A DNA stretch of 63,169 nt, the filler included, from an uncultured bacterium (lineage in GTDB: Bacteria; CAZDME01; JAYEMH01), in NCBI GenBank assembly GCA_964506785.1. It is 8 parts of 8 records of this genome, joined end to end, with 100 filler letters (N's around TTAATTAATTAA, not from the genome) between each part and the next. Parts side by side here need not be neighbours in the genome. Positions count along the whole stretch, not along the records: positions 41,143 to 48,575 come from CAZDME010000061.1; positions 48,676 to 55,951 come from CAZDME010000062.1; 6 more parts are not named here. The stretch is one strand, 5' to 3'. Positions within the stretch are counted from its first letter, which is position 1. Every line of letters starts with the position of its first letter. The notes beneath the pieces were generated by a model. It did no database searches. It was not told the DNA's origin and saw nothing but the letters and a program-made list of their open reading frames with translations. Positions 41,143-50,368 of this stretch are shown here, piece by piece. The position numbers and the translations under genes were made by a program.

Positions 41143-42650
41143 TTAACATACTTTTTATTGTTTTGACGCAGGGTCTTTTTTATAATCCTAAACGCGATTT
41201 TTACCGCATATAAAAAATTTTCTTTCGAAAGAATTTTGGGAAGTAAATATTTATAAAAGTTACTAGGGGGTAAGTAAAACAGTAGCTTAACGAATAAGTA
41301 TTGCCTGCTGGCTTTATCTCGCAAATATTGCAATTCGGATGCTTTCACCGTTTTGGTATCATAATTTGCAGTTTCAAGATTAGAGCCTCTGGCAACATCT
41401 GTTAGCAATCCTTCTTTTTTAAATATTTCATACATTTCAGCGCCAGCATATGGTTTCGCTACGTAGAAAATTACATAATCAAGACCGGACTGAAAAGCAT
41501 AGTTGATTGTATCCTGAATTTCATCCCTGGTTTCATAAGGGAAACCTATGATAAAGTTCCCCTGAGTCCATATTCCAATTTGATTAGCTAACTCAACTGT
41601 TTTCTTTGCTTTGGTCAAATTTACAGGCTTTCTGATAAATTTTAAGGTCTCCTGATTCCCAGTTTCTATCGGAAAACATAATCTATAAAATCCTGCTTTT
41701 TTCATTTTTTTAAGCAGACGCTCATCCGCTAGCCAAACACTGGTTCCGGGAGGAATGGTTAAAGTAATATTCAAAGATTTTTCTATTATTAAATCGCAGA
41801 TGCTGTTTACTCTATTTCTGTCTAGCATAAACTGGTCATCCATTATGGCGATCTCCCTTGCACCATAAATTTTCATAAGCATCTCTATTTCTTCGATAAG
41901 TTTTTCAGCTGATTTAGGCCTCCATTTTCTTTCCCACATAACTTTTGTGCTGCAGAAGATACACTCATAAGGACATCCACGGCTTGTCAAAATCGATGCC
42001 ACAGGCTCTCTTTTAGCAAAGGGCATTGCTAAACTGTTTACCTTGAGGTAAAATTCCATAGATAATTTTTTTCTATCGGGAAAAGGAAGAGAATCTAAAT
42101 TTTCAATTAACTTTCGACTGGGATTCGATTTCACTCTTCCATCTTTTTTTCTATAACTTATCCCATCTACGAGTCCAAGATCCTCTCCATTTTCTATCGC
42201 TTCAACTAATTTTTTGAGAGTAACCTCTCCTTCCCCTCTAACTATTATATCTGCGGCCGGGTTATTCTCTAATATGTTTTCTGCATCTATTGTTACATGA
42301 GCACCGCCCAAAATAACTAATCTATCTTTAAAATTATCCTTTACTAATTTTGCTATTTCATATGCATCCGGCGCAAATGAAGTAAAATTACACGTAATAC
42401 CGATAATTTTGGGATTAAAATCGTCTATTAAACGAACTATCCTATTATAATCAGATAAGCCTTTTCGATAAAAATGTCCGATCTTCTGCACTTTGGTGAA
42501 TCCCAAAGCAAACAAATCTAAAATTTCCACATCGTAGTCTTGAAGGCAAGAAGCTAAACAGGCTAAACCTAATGGTTCCGTTAGGACTAGATTATGACAT
42601 TCATGCAAGCTTTCTGTTGTTACATATGGATGTATAAGCAGTATCTTCAT
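41143..42650 (-). CDS. Cobalamin-binding radical SAM protein (stop not reached)
   Basis: PLGLACLAS, GGAHVT, RGEGE, SRGCPYECIFC, FIIGFP. Confidence 0.92.
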
Positions 42651-42673
42651 CTTTCTTTCAGGCTCATTTTAAA

Positions 42674-43819
42674 TTAATAATATTTCCATCGTTTTGTCTG
42701 TCTTGTATTTTCCCTGCCAGAGAGATCTTTATTCAGAATAGCCAGGGTTTCTTCTGCTGACTTATCCCAGGAGAATTCTTTACCTTTATTTAATGCCGTC
42801 TGCTTCATTTTAGCGTATAAATTTCTATCGGTCAATAAAGTGATAATTCCTTCAGATAAGACCTGAGGATTATTTTTCTTTGTTAATAAACCGGTCTGCC
42901 AGTCTATTATGGCATCCCGTACTCCATGGATATTATAGGCTACAGCCGGCGTGGATAAAGCGTTGGCTTCACTGACCACAATTCCCCAACCCTCCCTTAC
43001 TGATGCCAGGATAATAAGGTGCGAATTTTTTATTAAATCCCGCTTGGTTTCTTCATTGACATGCCCATAGAAGGTAATATTGCCTCCCAGATTATATTTT
43101 TTAACTAAACGCTTTAATTTTTTAGCGTAGCCAGGTTTACCGCCTGAACCGACTATCTTTAACTGAATTTCAGGTATATCCTTTTTAACCATTTGCAGGG
43201 CTTCTATTATATGGTGGATTCTCTTTGATTTTCTTAACCGGCCGACAAATATTAAGCTGGGATTAAAATCTTTCGCTAAAGGCTCTTCCAAAGGCTCAAA
43301 AGGAATCCCCACCGGTAAAATAGAAATCTCTTTATTAAAACCTAATTTTAATAAATCCTGCTTTGTGCTTTCGGATATAGTCAGTACTGGAATCCTTCTA
43401 TAAAGTTTTAAATAAAAAAACTCCATAGCAAAGCCAATTAGCGAAAGCGGGAAAAAAGTTTCATAGAACCAAACCTCCCTGGCCAGCTGAAAAATCAGTG
43501 CCGCTTTTTTCTCTTTTACATAAAGAGGCGTAAGAAAAGGGATTGTGTTTATCTGGTCTATCACTAAATCAAACTTCCCTTTAAAATTTTTTTTATAATG
43601 CCTGAAGGCTTGATAATGGACCGTTATCTCAGTGCCTCTGCGGATTATTTTAATACCTTCAATAATTTCCTCCTTTGGGCAGTTCCCAAAATCCGAGGAA
43701 AACCAGGTAACTTCATGGCCGGCGGTAACCCAGCGTCTGGCATTTTCATAGGTAAATATTTCCGCCCCTCCTGAAAAAGGGCTTTTAATATCCCGCCAGC
43801 TTAAAATTAGAATTTTCAT
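42674..43819 (-). CDS. GT4 glycosyltransferase
   Basis: GGAEIFT, FVGRL, EGWGIVVSEA. Confidence 0.93.
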   Translation of the reverse strand: MKILILSWRDIKSPFSGGAEIFTYENARRWVTAGHEVTWFSSDFGNCPKEEIIEGIKIIRRGTEITVHYQAFRHYKKNFKGKFDLVIDQINTIPFLTPLYVKEKKAALIFQLAREVWFYETFFPLSLIGFAMEFFYLKLYRRIPVLTISESTKQDLLKLGFNKEISILPVGIPFEPLEEPLAKDFNPSLIFVGRLRKSKRIHHIIEALQMVKKDIPEIQLKIVGSGGKPGYAKKLKRLVKKYNLGGNITFYGHVNEETKRDLIKNSHLIILASVREGWGIVVSEANALSTPAVAYNIHGVRDAIIDWQTGLLTKKNNPQVLSEGIITLLTDRNLYAKMKQTALNKGKEFSWDKSAEETLAILNKDLSGRENTRQTKRWKYY

Positions 43820-43820
43820 A

Positions 43821-44804
43821 TTATTTTATCCGATCCTCTTTTCTCTTTAAATCAGCATCAACCATGATTTTGACTAATTTTTCGAATTTAACCGTGGGAC
43901 TCCAGGGAAGTCTTTTCTTGGCCTTAGAATAGTTGCCTAAAAGTAAATTCACCTCCGCCGGGCGGTAAAACTTCTCATCACTAACCACATAATCTTCCCA
44001 TTTCAGTCCAACATAGCTAAAAGCCAATTTCACGAATTCCTTGACAGAATGTGTTTCGCCTGTAGCAATAACATAATCGTCGGGCTTATCCTGTTGAATC
44101 ATAAGCCACATCGCCCTCACGTAGTCCTTGGCATACCCCCAATCTCTTTTTGCCTCTAAATTTCCAAGTCGCAGTTCTTTAGCTAATCCTAATTTAATGT
44201 CGGCAACTCCATTGGTTATTTTTCTGGTCACAAATTCAAATCCCCTGCGGGGAGATTCATGATTGAAAAGCATCCCGGAAGAAGCATGGAGGTTATAACT
44301 CTCCCGATAATTTCTGGTTAAATGGAATCCCGCCACTTTAGAAATCCCATAAGGAGACCTGGGGTGAAAAGGAGTCTCCTCGTTCTGCGGCGTTTCCTTT
44401 ACCAGTCCAAACATCTCACTTGAAGCGGCAAAATAGAATTTACAGTGAGGGGCTTTTCTTTTGATTGCCGAAAGCATGTAATGAGTCCCTCTGATGTTTG
44501 TATCAATGGTAGAAAACTCATCTTCAAAAGAATAACTAACGAAGCTTTGCGCCGCCAAATGGTAGCATTCATCAGGCTTTACTTCTTCAACTACATTAAA
44601 AATACTGGCGTAGCTTTCTAAAGAAGCCGGGCATAAAGTTATTCTATCCATAATATGTTTTATCCTTCCCAATCTATGTCCGGGATCCTCCAAAGCAACC
44701 CGCCTCACCATTCCATAAACTTCATAGCCTTTTTCTAATAAAAGCTCCGCTAGATATGACCCGTCCTGTCCGGTTATCCCTGTAATTAAGGCTTTTTTCT
44801 TCAT
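43821..44804 (-). CDS. gmd: GDP-mannose 4,6-dehydratase
   Basis: ITGITGQDGSYL, LAAQSFV, PRSPYGISK, FNHESPRRG, FVTRKI, RDWGYA. Confidence 0.96.
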   Translation of the reverse strand: MKKKALITGITGQDGSYLAELLLEKGYEVYGMVRRVALEDPGHRLGRIKHIMDRITLCPASLESYASIFNVVEEVKPDECYHLAAQSFVSYSFEDEFSTIDTNIRGTHYMLSAIKRKAPHCKFYFAASSEMFGLVKETPQNEETPFHPRSPYGISKVAGFHLTRNYRESYNLHASSGMLFNHESPRRGFEFVTRKITNGVADIKLGLAKELRLGNLEAKRDWGYAKDYVRAMWLMIQQDKPDDYVIATGETHSVKEFVKLAFSYVGLKWEDYVVSDEKFYRPAEVNLLLGNYSKAKKRLPWSPTVKFEKLVKIMVDADLKRKEDRIK

Positions 44805-44840
44805 GGCATTGACTCCTTTTAGAATATACTGTTCGTTTTT

Positions 44841-46361
44841 CTAGTTATTGTTTCTTCCGTCAAAATCCAATATATGCCCGCTGACTTTTTTAACGGCTCG
44901 GAAGAAATATTTTATATCTTCTTTATCGCGGATACTCAAAATCTTTCTGAGTAAAAATTCCGGATTAAATGCGGTTGAATAGATGCCGCGGACCAACTTT
45001 GCCAGTTGAGAAGGCTGAAAATTTAATTTCATTACCGGCTCTTTCATATCGTATCTGGACCAGTCTAAAGTGTTAAGCAGGTCTTTCCTTTTGCATTCCT
45101 CGAATAATGGGGTGCCGGGGTAAGCCATAATGATGGTTGCCTGCAGCGTATAGGCAAAACCCTTCCTGAGGAGCCAATTGCCAAGTTTCAAGGTATTTAA
45201 AGCCTCTTCATAACTTTCCCAGGGATACCCAAACATTATGGTGATGTGAGGGTAAAGGCCGGCAGTCCTTGCCAGTTTACAGGATTCGATAATTTCCTTA
45301 ACCGTCAAATTTTTATCTATTCTATCCAGGGTGTTCTGGTTGGCACTTTCTAATCCAAAAAGCAGGAATCGGAAGCCTGCTTTTTTCATTAACCTATAAT
45401 CCTCTAAGCTCGCCGCCCCAAAACGCATATTACAATCCAACCCGATTCTTCTGTTATATCCCCTTTTTATCATCCCCCGGCAAAAATCCCCGAGCCATCC
45501 TCCCGGGGTAATAGAGCCGGTATCGTCCATAATTTCTTTTATCGGATAGTTTTCAATTATATCGTCTATTTCATCTAAAACATTTTCAACCGGTCTTACT
45601 CTAAAATGCGGATAAAGCGTTGTCCAGCTGCAAAATTTGCATTTTCCCCAGAAACAGTCTCGTCCCGACATAATATAAGTACCTGGCGTGCGTTTATAAT
45701 TACCGTTTTTATAGGCATAAAGAGGCCATTTGGTTAAGTCTCTATCAACGAATGGCAGACTGTCAAGATTATGATTAAGCTGGAATTGACCGGTATTTTT
45801 AACGGCCCCATTTTGCCGATACCAGATTCCTGGCTCTAAATTTCGCATTTCGTCTCCCGCATCCCCTTTCCCCTTTACCTTTTTCAAAACCTTACAAAGA
45901 TTAAGAAGCAGGAAATCGTAATCGCCGCCGGTTAAAACAAAATCAACCTTAGAATTTTGGAACGATTCTTCCGGAAGGGCGGTGACATGATCCCCAAAAA
46001 GAATAATTTTAGCTTCCCACTTTCCATCTTCCGTTTCCCTTTTCCCTTCTCCCATCTCCCGTTTTATATCATCAATTATCTTCCAGTGCTGCTTTACCGT
46101 CGGGGTTTTAGTTTCCATGGCGATTAAATCAGGCCTTTCAGCCTTTAGGAAATTTAAGAATTTATCGTAGCTCCAATTTTCGGCAATACAATCATTCCAG
46201 ATAATCTCAAACCCATTTTCTTTAAGCAAGGTAGCCGCGATAGCCGGCACAACGGGATAAATATAGGTTGGGCTGTGAAAATACTGGAATTGCCGATTCT
46301 GTCCCAGAGTAGCCCAGCCTTTCTCTTTGGATATCGGAGGATAAGAAATCATTATCTTCAC
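44841..46361 (-). CDS. Cobalamin-binding radical SAM protein (CX4CX2C) with two heptamer-repeat insertions
   Basis: FGDHVTALP, RDCFWGKCKFC, FGLESA, MFGYPWE, YPGTPL. Confidence 0.9.
   Translation of the reverse strand: MKIMISYPPISKEKGWATLGQNRQFQYFHSPTYIYPVVPAIAATLLKENGFEIIWNDCIAENWSYDKFLNFLKAERPDLIAMETKTPTVKQHWKIIDDIKREMGEGKRETEDGKWEAKIILFGDHVTALPEESFQNSKVDFVLTGGDYDFLLLNLCKVLKKVKGKGDAGDEMRNLEPGIWYRQNGAVKNTGQFQLNHNLDSLPFVDRDLTKWPLYAYKNGNYKRTPGTYIMSGRDCFWGKCKFCSWTTLYPHFRVRPVENVLDEIDDIIENYPIKEIMDDTGSITPGGWLGDFCRGMIKRGYNRRIGLDCNMRFGAASLEDYRLMKKAGFRFLLFGLESANQNTLDRIDKNLTVKEIIESCKLARTAGLYPHITIMFGYPWESYEEALNTLKLGNWLLRKGFAYTLQATIIMAYPGTPLFEECKRKDLLNTLDWSRYDMKEPVMKLNFQPSQLAKLVRGIYSTAFNPEFLLRKILSIRDKEDIKYFFRAVKKVSGHILDFDGRNNN
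46013..46061. repeat. Seven degenerate 7-bp tandem repeats inside the rSAM CDS
   Basis: CTTCCCA CTTTCCA TCTTCCG TTTCCCT TTTCCCT TCTCCCA TCTCCCG; a second array lies at 45841-45882. Confidence 0.75.
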
Positions 46362-47341
46362 TATTTCCCCTCCTTAAGCTTCCTGGAAAATAATCCCCTG
46401 ATAAACCAAGCCCCATAACAAAAATGGGTGCCAATTATGCCTATAAAAATGAGGGGAATCAATCTGAGGTCTTTCTTTAAACTGGAGATGAAAGTTAGGA
46501 TAAGATATATACCTATCGCTGTAAAATAGAAAGGCCGGATGAAAGGGAAAAATAAAGACAGCAACCCGCCCAGTAAAACAAACAGGATTAAAAATGAGGG
46601 CAAAAAGTAGGAAAGCTTCCGGGAACTCTTATATCCTTTTTTCACAAAATATCCGCGATGGAGGGCATAATTAGACAATTGCCGAAGGTGGGGCAAAAAT
46701 AGCGCCCGCCGGTGATGATATACCAATACCGCCGGGTCATAAACAATCTTTTTTTTAAGCTTTTCGATTATTCCGGAACATAAAAAAGTATCTTCGCCCG
46801 GCCAAAAATTAGTATTAAACCCGCCCAACTCTCTCATTATAGAAGTGCGGATAAGTAAATTACAGGTTGGATAATCATCAACATTCCTTTTGGCGAAAGG
46901 CTTAAATCTAAATAACTGGTCACCACTTACCAAAATCGACTCATAAACACCCCCCCCTGCTTTCTTTCTTAATGTTCCACCAGGGGCTGTCACCGCCGGG
47001 CCGCATATTCCCCCAACATCACTATCTGAAAAATAAAACGCCGCATTCTTGAGCCAATTTCTGTCCGGATAGGCATCATCGTCGATAAAAGCGAGAATCT
47101 CTCCCTTTGCCTCTTTCAAAGCTAAATCCCTCTTTTTAGGCGGAGACATCTTACCGGTAGCAACAACTTTAACCTTGGAATGATTGAAAATAAACGGATT
47201 ATCAGGGAAGACAATTATTTCAAAATCTGGATAGTCTAGATTCAAACAATACCTTATGCATTCTTTTAGAGCATCGTTTAACTCTTTGGCAGCAATGACA
47301 ACTGATACAAAAATAGATTTTTTTACCTCGGGAGTTTCCAT
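46361..47341 (-). CDS. GT2 glycosyltransferase with C-terminal TM helices
   Basis: VSVVIA, AFIDDD, GGF...GED, VYHHRR. Confidence 0.92.
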   Translation of the reverse strand: METPEVKKSIFVSVVIAAKELNDALKECIRYCLNLDYPDFEIIVFPDNPFIFNHSKVKVVATGKMSPPKKRDLALKEAKGEILAFIDDDAYPDRNWLKNAAFYFSDSDVGGICGPAVTAPGGTLRKKAGGGVYESILVSGDQLFRFKPFAKRNVDDYPTCNLLIRTSIMRELGGFNTNFWPGEDTFLCSGIIEKLKKKIVYDPAVLVYHHRRALFLPHLRQLSNYALHRGYFVKKGYKSSRKLSYFLPSFLILFVLLGGLLSLFFPFIRPFYFTAIGIYLILTFISSLKKDLRLIPLIFIGIIGTHFCYGAWFIRGLFSRKLKEGK

Positions 47342-47342
47342 T

Positions 47343-48575
47343 CTATCTTGGCACCACCGGTTTTTTTATTAAAAACAAATTATAAATAAACAAAAGGGAA
47401 GAGTTCGGTGTAATTATATAAAGGACCTGAGGTAAAGTCCTATGGAAAAAGCAGATTAAAATAATCTGCGAAACTGAAAAGAAAATTAAAGGTCGTATAA
47501 AATTAAAGCGGTGAATGGAGAGATTATAAAGAAGCAAAGTGTATGTTAAAGAAAAAAAAGTCATGGCAATTCCGAAGAGCCTGGCCAGAGGGAAACATTC
47601 CACATACGCCTTACCTGATAAAATCCTGATAATTACGGAGGGAAATAAAAAACAGATTAATGCTCCGATGGCACAGGGGACCCCCACAATCATCAAGGTT
47701 TTTTTCAACATAGAAATTGTATCTTTCCCCCGGGCATGAAGGTAAGAAACTTTAGTGAACATTACCATAATAATCGCCGCAGGCCAGAATAGCATTATTT
47801 TCCCCACCAGCTGGGCAATAGAGTAGTAACCCGCCTCTACCGGAGAAAAAAAGCGCTTAACCAATAAAATATCAAAATTGGTAAGTGCCGTAAAACAAAG
47901 GAAAGTTATGGAAACCGGGATAAAATATTTGTAAACTTTGCTAAAATTTAATTCTTTATTTTCTGCTATTTCTTTATCGGGAATAAAGTCGCCGGGATTG
48001 ACTGGCGGGCCGCTTTCGGATAAATCCGGGGGGCTTTCTAATGCGCTTCTCAACATAAAAAGTGATAAGATAAGGGGAATAAATGTAGCAAGGCCAACGG
48101 CTGTCAAAACACCGCCTACCTCTAATCCGGCGGTTATCAAAAAAACACCGACCAAAAGTTTTAATGCCCCCGAGAGGATTATATTTATACTTAAAAAGCC
48201 AAATCTCTGGAATCCTTGAAGCGCCCCGTAGCTGAAGGGCAGAACAAGGGAAAAAAACATTATAGCTCCAGTTGCTATAACAAAATGACTTGAGCCGATT
48301 TGAAAAAAGGCAGCGATTATTCGGCTGCCAAAAGTAAAGGCAAAGAACAGAAGCAGGCCAAATAACGATATCCTTTTCCCTAACTTGAACAGTAGATGCT
48401 TTATCTTCGCTAAATGCCCTTGGGCATAAAAGCTGGAAACAAACTTAGTAGCCACAGTTTGAATCGGCCCGAAAGAGGCAGAAACCAACATCATCATTGC
48501 AAATAACGTCGTGACAACTCCGAAATTTGAAAGGCTAAGATTTCTTGCCATAAACAGGGAAAAAAGTATACTGAA
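47343..48575 (-). CDS. Wzx-type polysaccharide flippase, 5'-truncated
   Basis: Many TM helices; GALQGFQRF, DILLVK, AGYYS. Confidence 0.88.
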   Translation of the reverse strand, partial: FSILFSLFMARNLSLSNFGVVTTLFAMMMLVSASFGPIQTVATKFVSSFYAQGHLAKIKHLLFKLGKRISLFGLLLFFAFTFGSRIIAAFFQIGSSHFVIATGAIMFFSLVLPFSYGALQGFQRFGFLSINIILSGALKLLVGVFLITAGLEVGGVLTAVGLATFIPLILSLFMLRSALESPPDLSESGPPVNPGDFIPDKEIAENKELNFSKVYKYFIPVSITFLCFTALTNFDILLVKRFFSPVEAGYYSIAQLVGKIMLFWPAAIIMVMFTKVSYLHARGKDTISMLKKTLMIVGVPCAIGALICFLFPSVIIRILSGKAYVECFPLARLFGIAMTFFSLTYTLLLYNLSIHRFNFIRPLIFFSVSQIILICFFHRTLPQVLYIITPNSSLLFIYNLFLIKKPVVPR

Positions 48576-48675
48576 NNNNNNNNNNNNNNNNNNNNNNNNN
48601 NNNNNNNNNNNNNNNNNNNTTAATTAATTAANNNNNNNNNNNNNNNNNNNNNNNNNNNNNNNNNNNNNNNNNNNN
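48576..48675. other. Artificial contig linker 6
   Basis: N-run with TTAATTAATTAA. Confidence 0.99.
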
Positions 48676-48732
48676 ATAACTTTTTCTAATTTTTTCTGAG
48701 CATTCCTAAAGCTAAAAGCGCCTTTTTTGGGT

Positions 48733-48816
48733 TTACTTACCGCGGGTAGGGCCCCGCCTTTTATTAGCCCTTTTGGAACGCCAGCGTAATTTACCTTTTC
48801 TTTTAGCTTTCGACAT
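48733..48816 (-). CDS. 27-aa basic peptide resembling ribosomal protein bL37 (not in ORF track)
   Basis: MSKAKRKGKLRWRSKRANKRRGPTRGK*; AGAGG RBS. Confidence 0.6.
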   Translation of the reverse strand: MSKAKRKGKLRWRSKRANKRRGPTRGK

Positions 48817-48885
48817 AAATATGCCTCTTCTAAATGAAGCCATAAGGTAACAATCTTGCCCCGCTTACCTTATACCTGTCACCTA

Positions 48886-49032
48886 TTATCTATTTTCTGC
48901 TTCTCCCCAAATAACAAACCCCTGGGTTTCCCTTTGTTTTTTTTCTTCTGCTTTTTTCGATGGCGAACAACTAAAATTAAAAGTTATTAAAAAAACTGCA
49001 AGAACCAAAAAAATTGAAAAATTTTTATCCAT
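48886..49032 (-). CDS. 48-aa lipoprotein (not in ORF track)
   Basis: MDKNFSIFLVLAVFLITFNFSC-SPSKKAEEKKQRETQGFVIWGEAENR*; AAGGA RBS; lipobox-like FSC. Confidence 0.55.
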   Translation of the reverse strand: MDKNFSIFLVLAVFLITFNFSCSPSKKAEEKKQRETQGFVIWGEAENR

Positions 49033-49065
49033 TTTGATTTCCTTTTTACCAAACCGTTAAATAGC

Positions 49066-49097
49066 AACAAAGCAGGAGCTTCCGCTCCTGCCTTGTT
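49066..49097. terminator. Intrinsic terminator hairpin after the poly-Lys ORF
   Basis: Minus strand AACAAGGCAGGAGC-GGAA-GCTCCTGCTTTGTT. Confidence 0.75.
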
Positions 49098-49127
49098 TTA
49101 AAAAAATTGAATCCAAAGAACTAAAAT

Positions 49128-49175
49128 TTATTTTTTCTTTTTTTTCTTCTTTGCTTTCTTCTTTTTCTTCGCCAT
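49128..49175 (-). CDS. 15-aa poly-lysine micropeptide MAKKKKKAKKKKKKK (not in ORF track)
   Basis: AAAGGAGG SD 7 nt before ATG; mixed AAG/AAA codons; has its own promoter and terminator. Confidence 0.7.
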   Translation of the reverse strand: MAKKKKKAKKKKKKK

Positions 49176-49209
49176 TTTATCCCCTCCTTTATTTAAATCT
49201 CCAAATGTC

Positions 49210-49239
49210 ACTATACAGTAAAACAAACCTCTTTGTCAA
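49210..49239 (-). promoter_or_regulatory. sigma70 promoter of the poly-Lys ORF
   Basis: TTGACA(49239-49234)-N18-TATAGT(49215-49210). Confidence 0.7.
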
Positions 49240-49319
49240 GAAGAAAATGAGAAATTTGTATTTTTTTTACCCGGCTGGCATTTTAGTAAATTTTCCCGTC
49301 GATAATTTTTTCGAAGCGA

Positions 49320-50366
49320 TTATAAAAAATTTTTGAATTTTTTTCTAACCAAAGATTTTTTCAGGTTTTTCGAAACAAAAATCTTAAATCCTTTGTCTTT
49401 TTCCGTAATAACAATGCCTTCCAAATCTTTTGTCTTTTTAATCAAGCTAATCCCTTTTTTTTCTCCTAAAATAAAAACTGCCGTCGCCAAAGCATCAGCT
49501 TCCATAGCATCAGGGGCGATAATTGTCACGCTGGCAACTTTACTTTCCGACAAACCCGTCCGGGGGTCTATCAGGTGATGAAACCGCTTCTTGTTTAAAA
49601 TTTTAAACCGCTCATAATCCCCGGAGGTAGCTACGCCCTGATTAGCGCATTTGAATTCAAAAATTAAATCTGAGCCCCTGGGATTCCTCACCCCTATCCT
49701 CCAATTTTTTTTATTCTTCCCTTTACCCGAGGCGAAAAGGTCGCCGCCTGCTTCCACTAAAGAATTTTCTATGCCATTTTCTTTAAGAATCTTCACCGCC
49801 CGGTCAATGGCATAGCCTTTGGCTATTGCCCCCAAATCAATCTTTATTCCTTTCTTCTTAAGTCTTATCCGGTTCCGGCGGCTGTCTATTTCGATGTTTT
49901 TGTAGTTTACCAGCGACAGCTTCTTTTGGATTTCAGCCTCACTTGGTATTTCATCTTTCTTTAATTTTCCCTTCCACAATTCTACCAACGGCCCGACAGA
50001 AACATCAAAGGCACCCTGGCTCATATCGGAAATCTTTCTGCTTTCTTCGAGCAAAAAGATAACTTCCGGAGTGGTTTTAAAAAACTTTAATTCTTCGGAC
50101 TGATTCAGTTTATATATCTCGCCGGACTTATCTTGACTTGAAAACATCTTTTCTATCCGCTGGAGCTCTTTAAAAGCACAATCAGCAGCCCGGCTGGCTT
50201 TTTTCATGTCCCTATCGATTACAGTAATGTTCACTACCGTGCCCATTAAAACCCGGCTTTTTTTAAAAATTTCGGGCTGCTGCCTTCCCCTCGTAAAAAA
50301 CAAAGTTAGAAGAGAAAAAAAACCTATTATGATAATTATTTTAGTTAAAAATTTTTTGGTTTCCAT
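49320..50366 (-). CDS. apbE: FAD:protein FMN transferase
   Basis: LMGT, FDVSVGPL, DLGAIAKGYAID, ATSGDYER, HHLIDPRTG, ADALATA. Confidence 0.95.
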   Translation of the reverse strand: METKKFLTKIIIIIGFFSLLTLFFTRGRQQPEIFKKSRVLMGTVVNITVIDRDMKKASRAADCAFKELQRIEKMFSSQDKSGEIYKLNQSEELKFFKTTPEVIFLLEESRKISDMSQGAFDVSVGPLVELWKGKLKKDEIPSEAEIQKKLSLVNYKNIEIDSRRNRIRLKKKGIKIDLGAIAKGYAIDRAVKILKENGIENSLVEAGGDLFASGKGKNKKNWRIGVRNPRGSDLIFEFKCANQGVATSGDYERFKILNKKRFHHLIDPRTGLSESKVASVTIIAPDAMEADALATAVFILGEKKGISLIKKTKDLEGIVITEKDKGFKIFVSKNLKKSLVRKKFKNFL

Positions 50367-50368
50367 AT

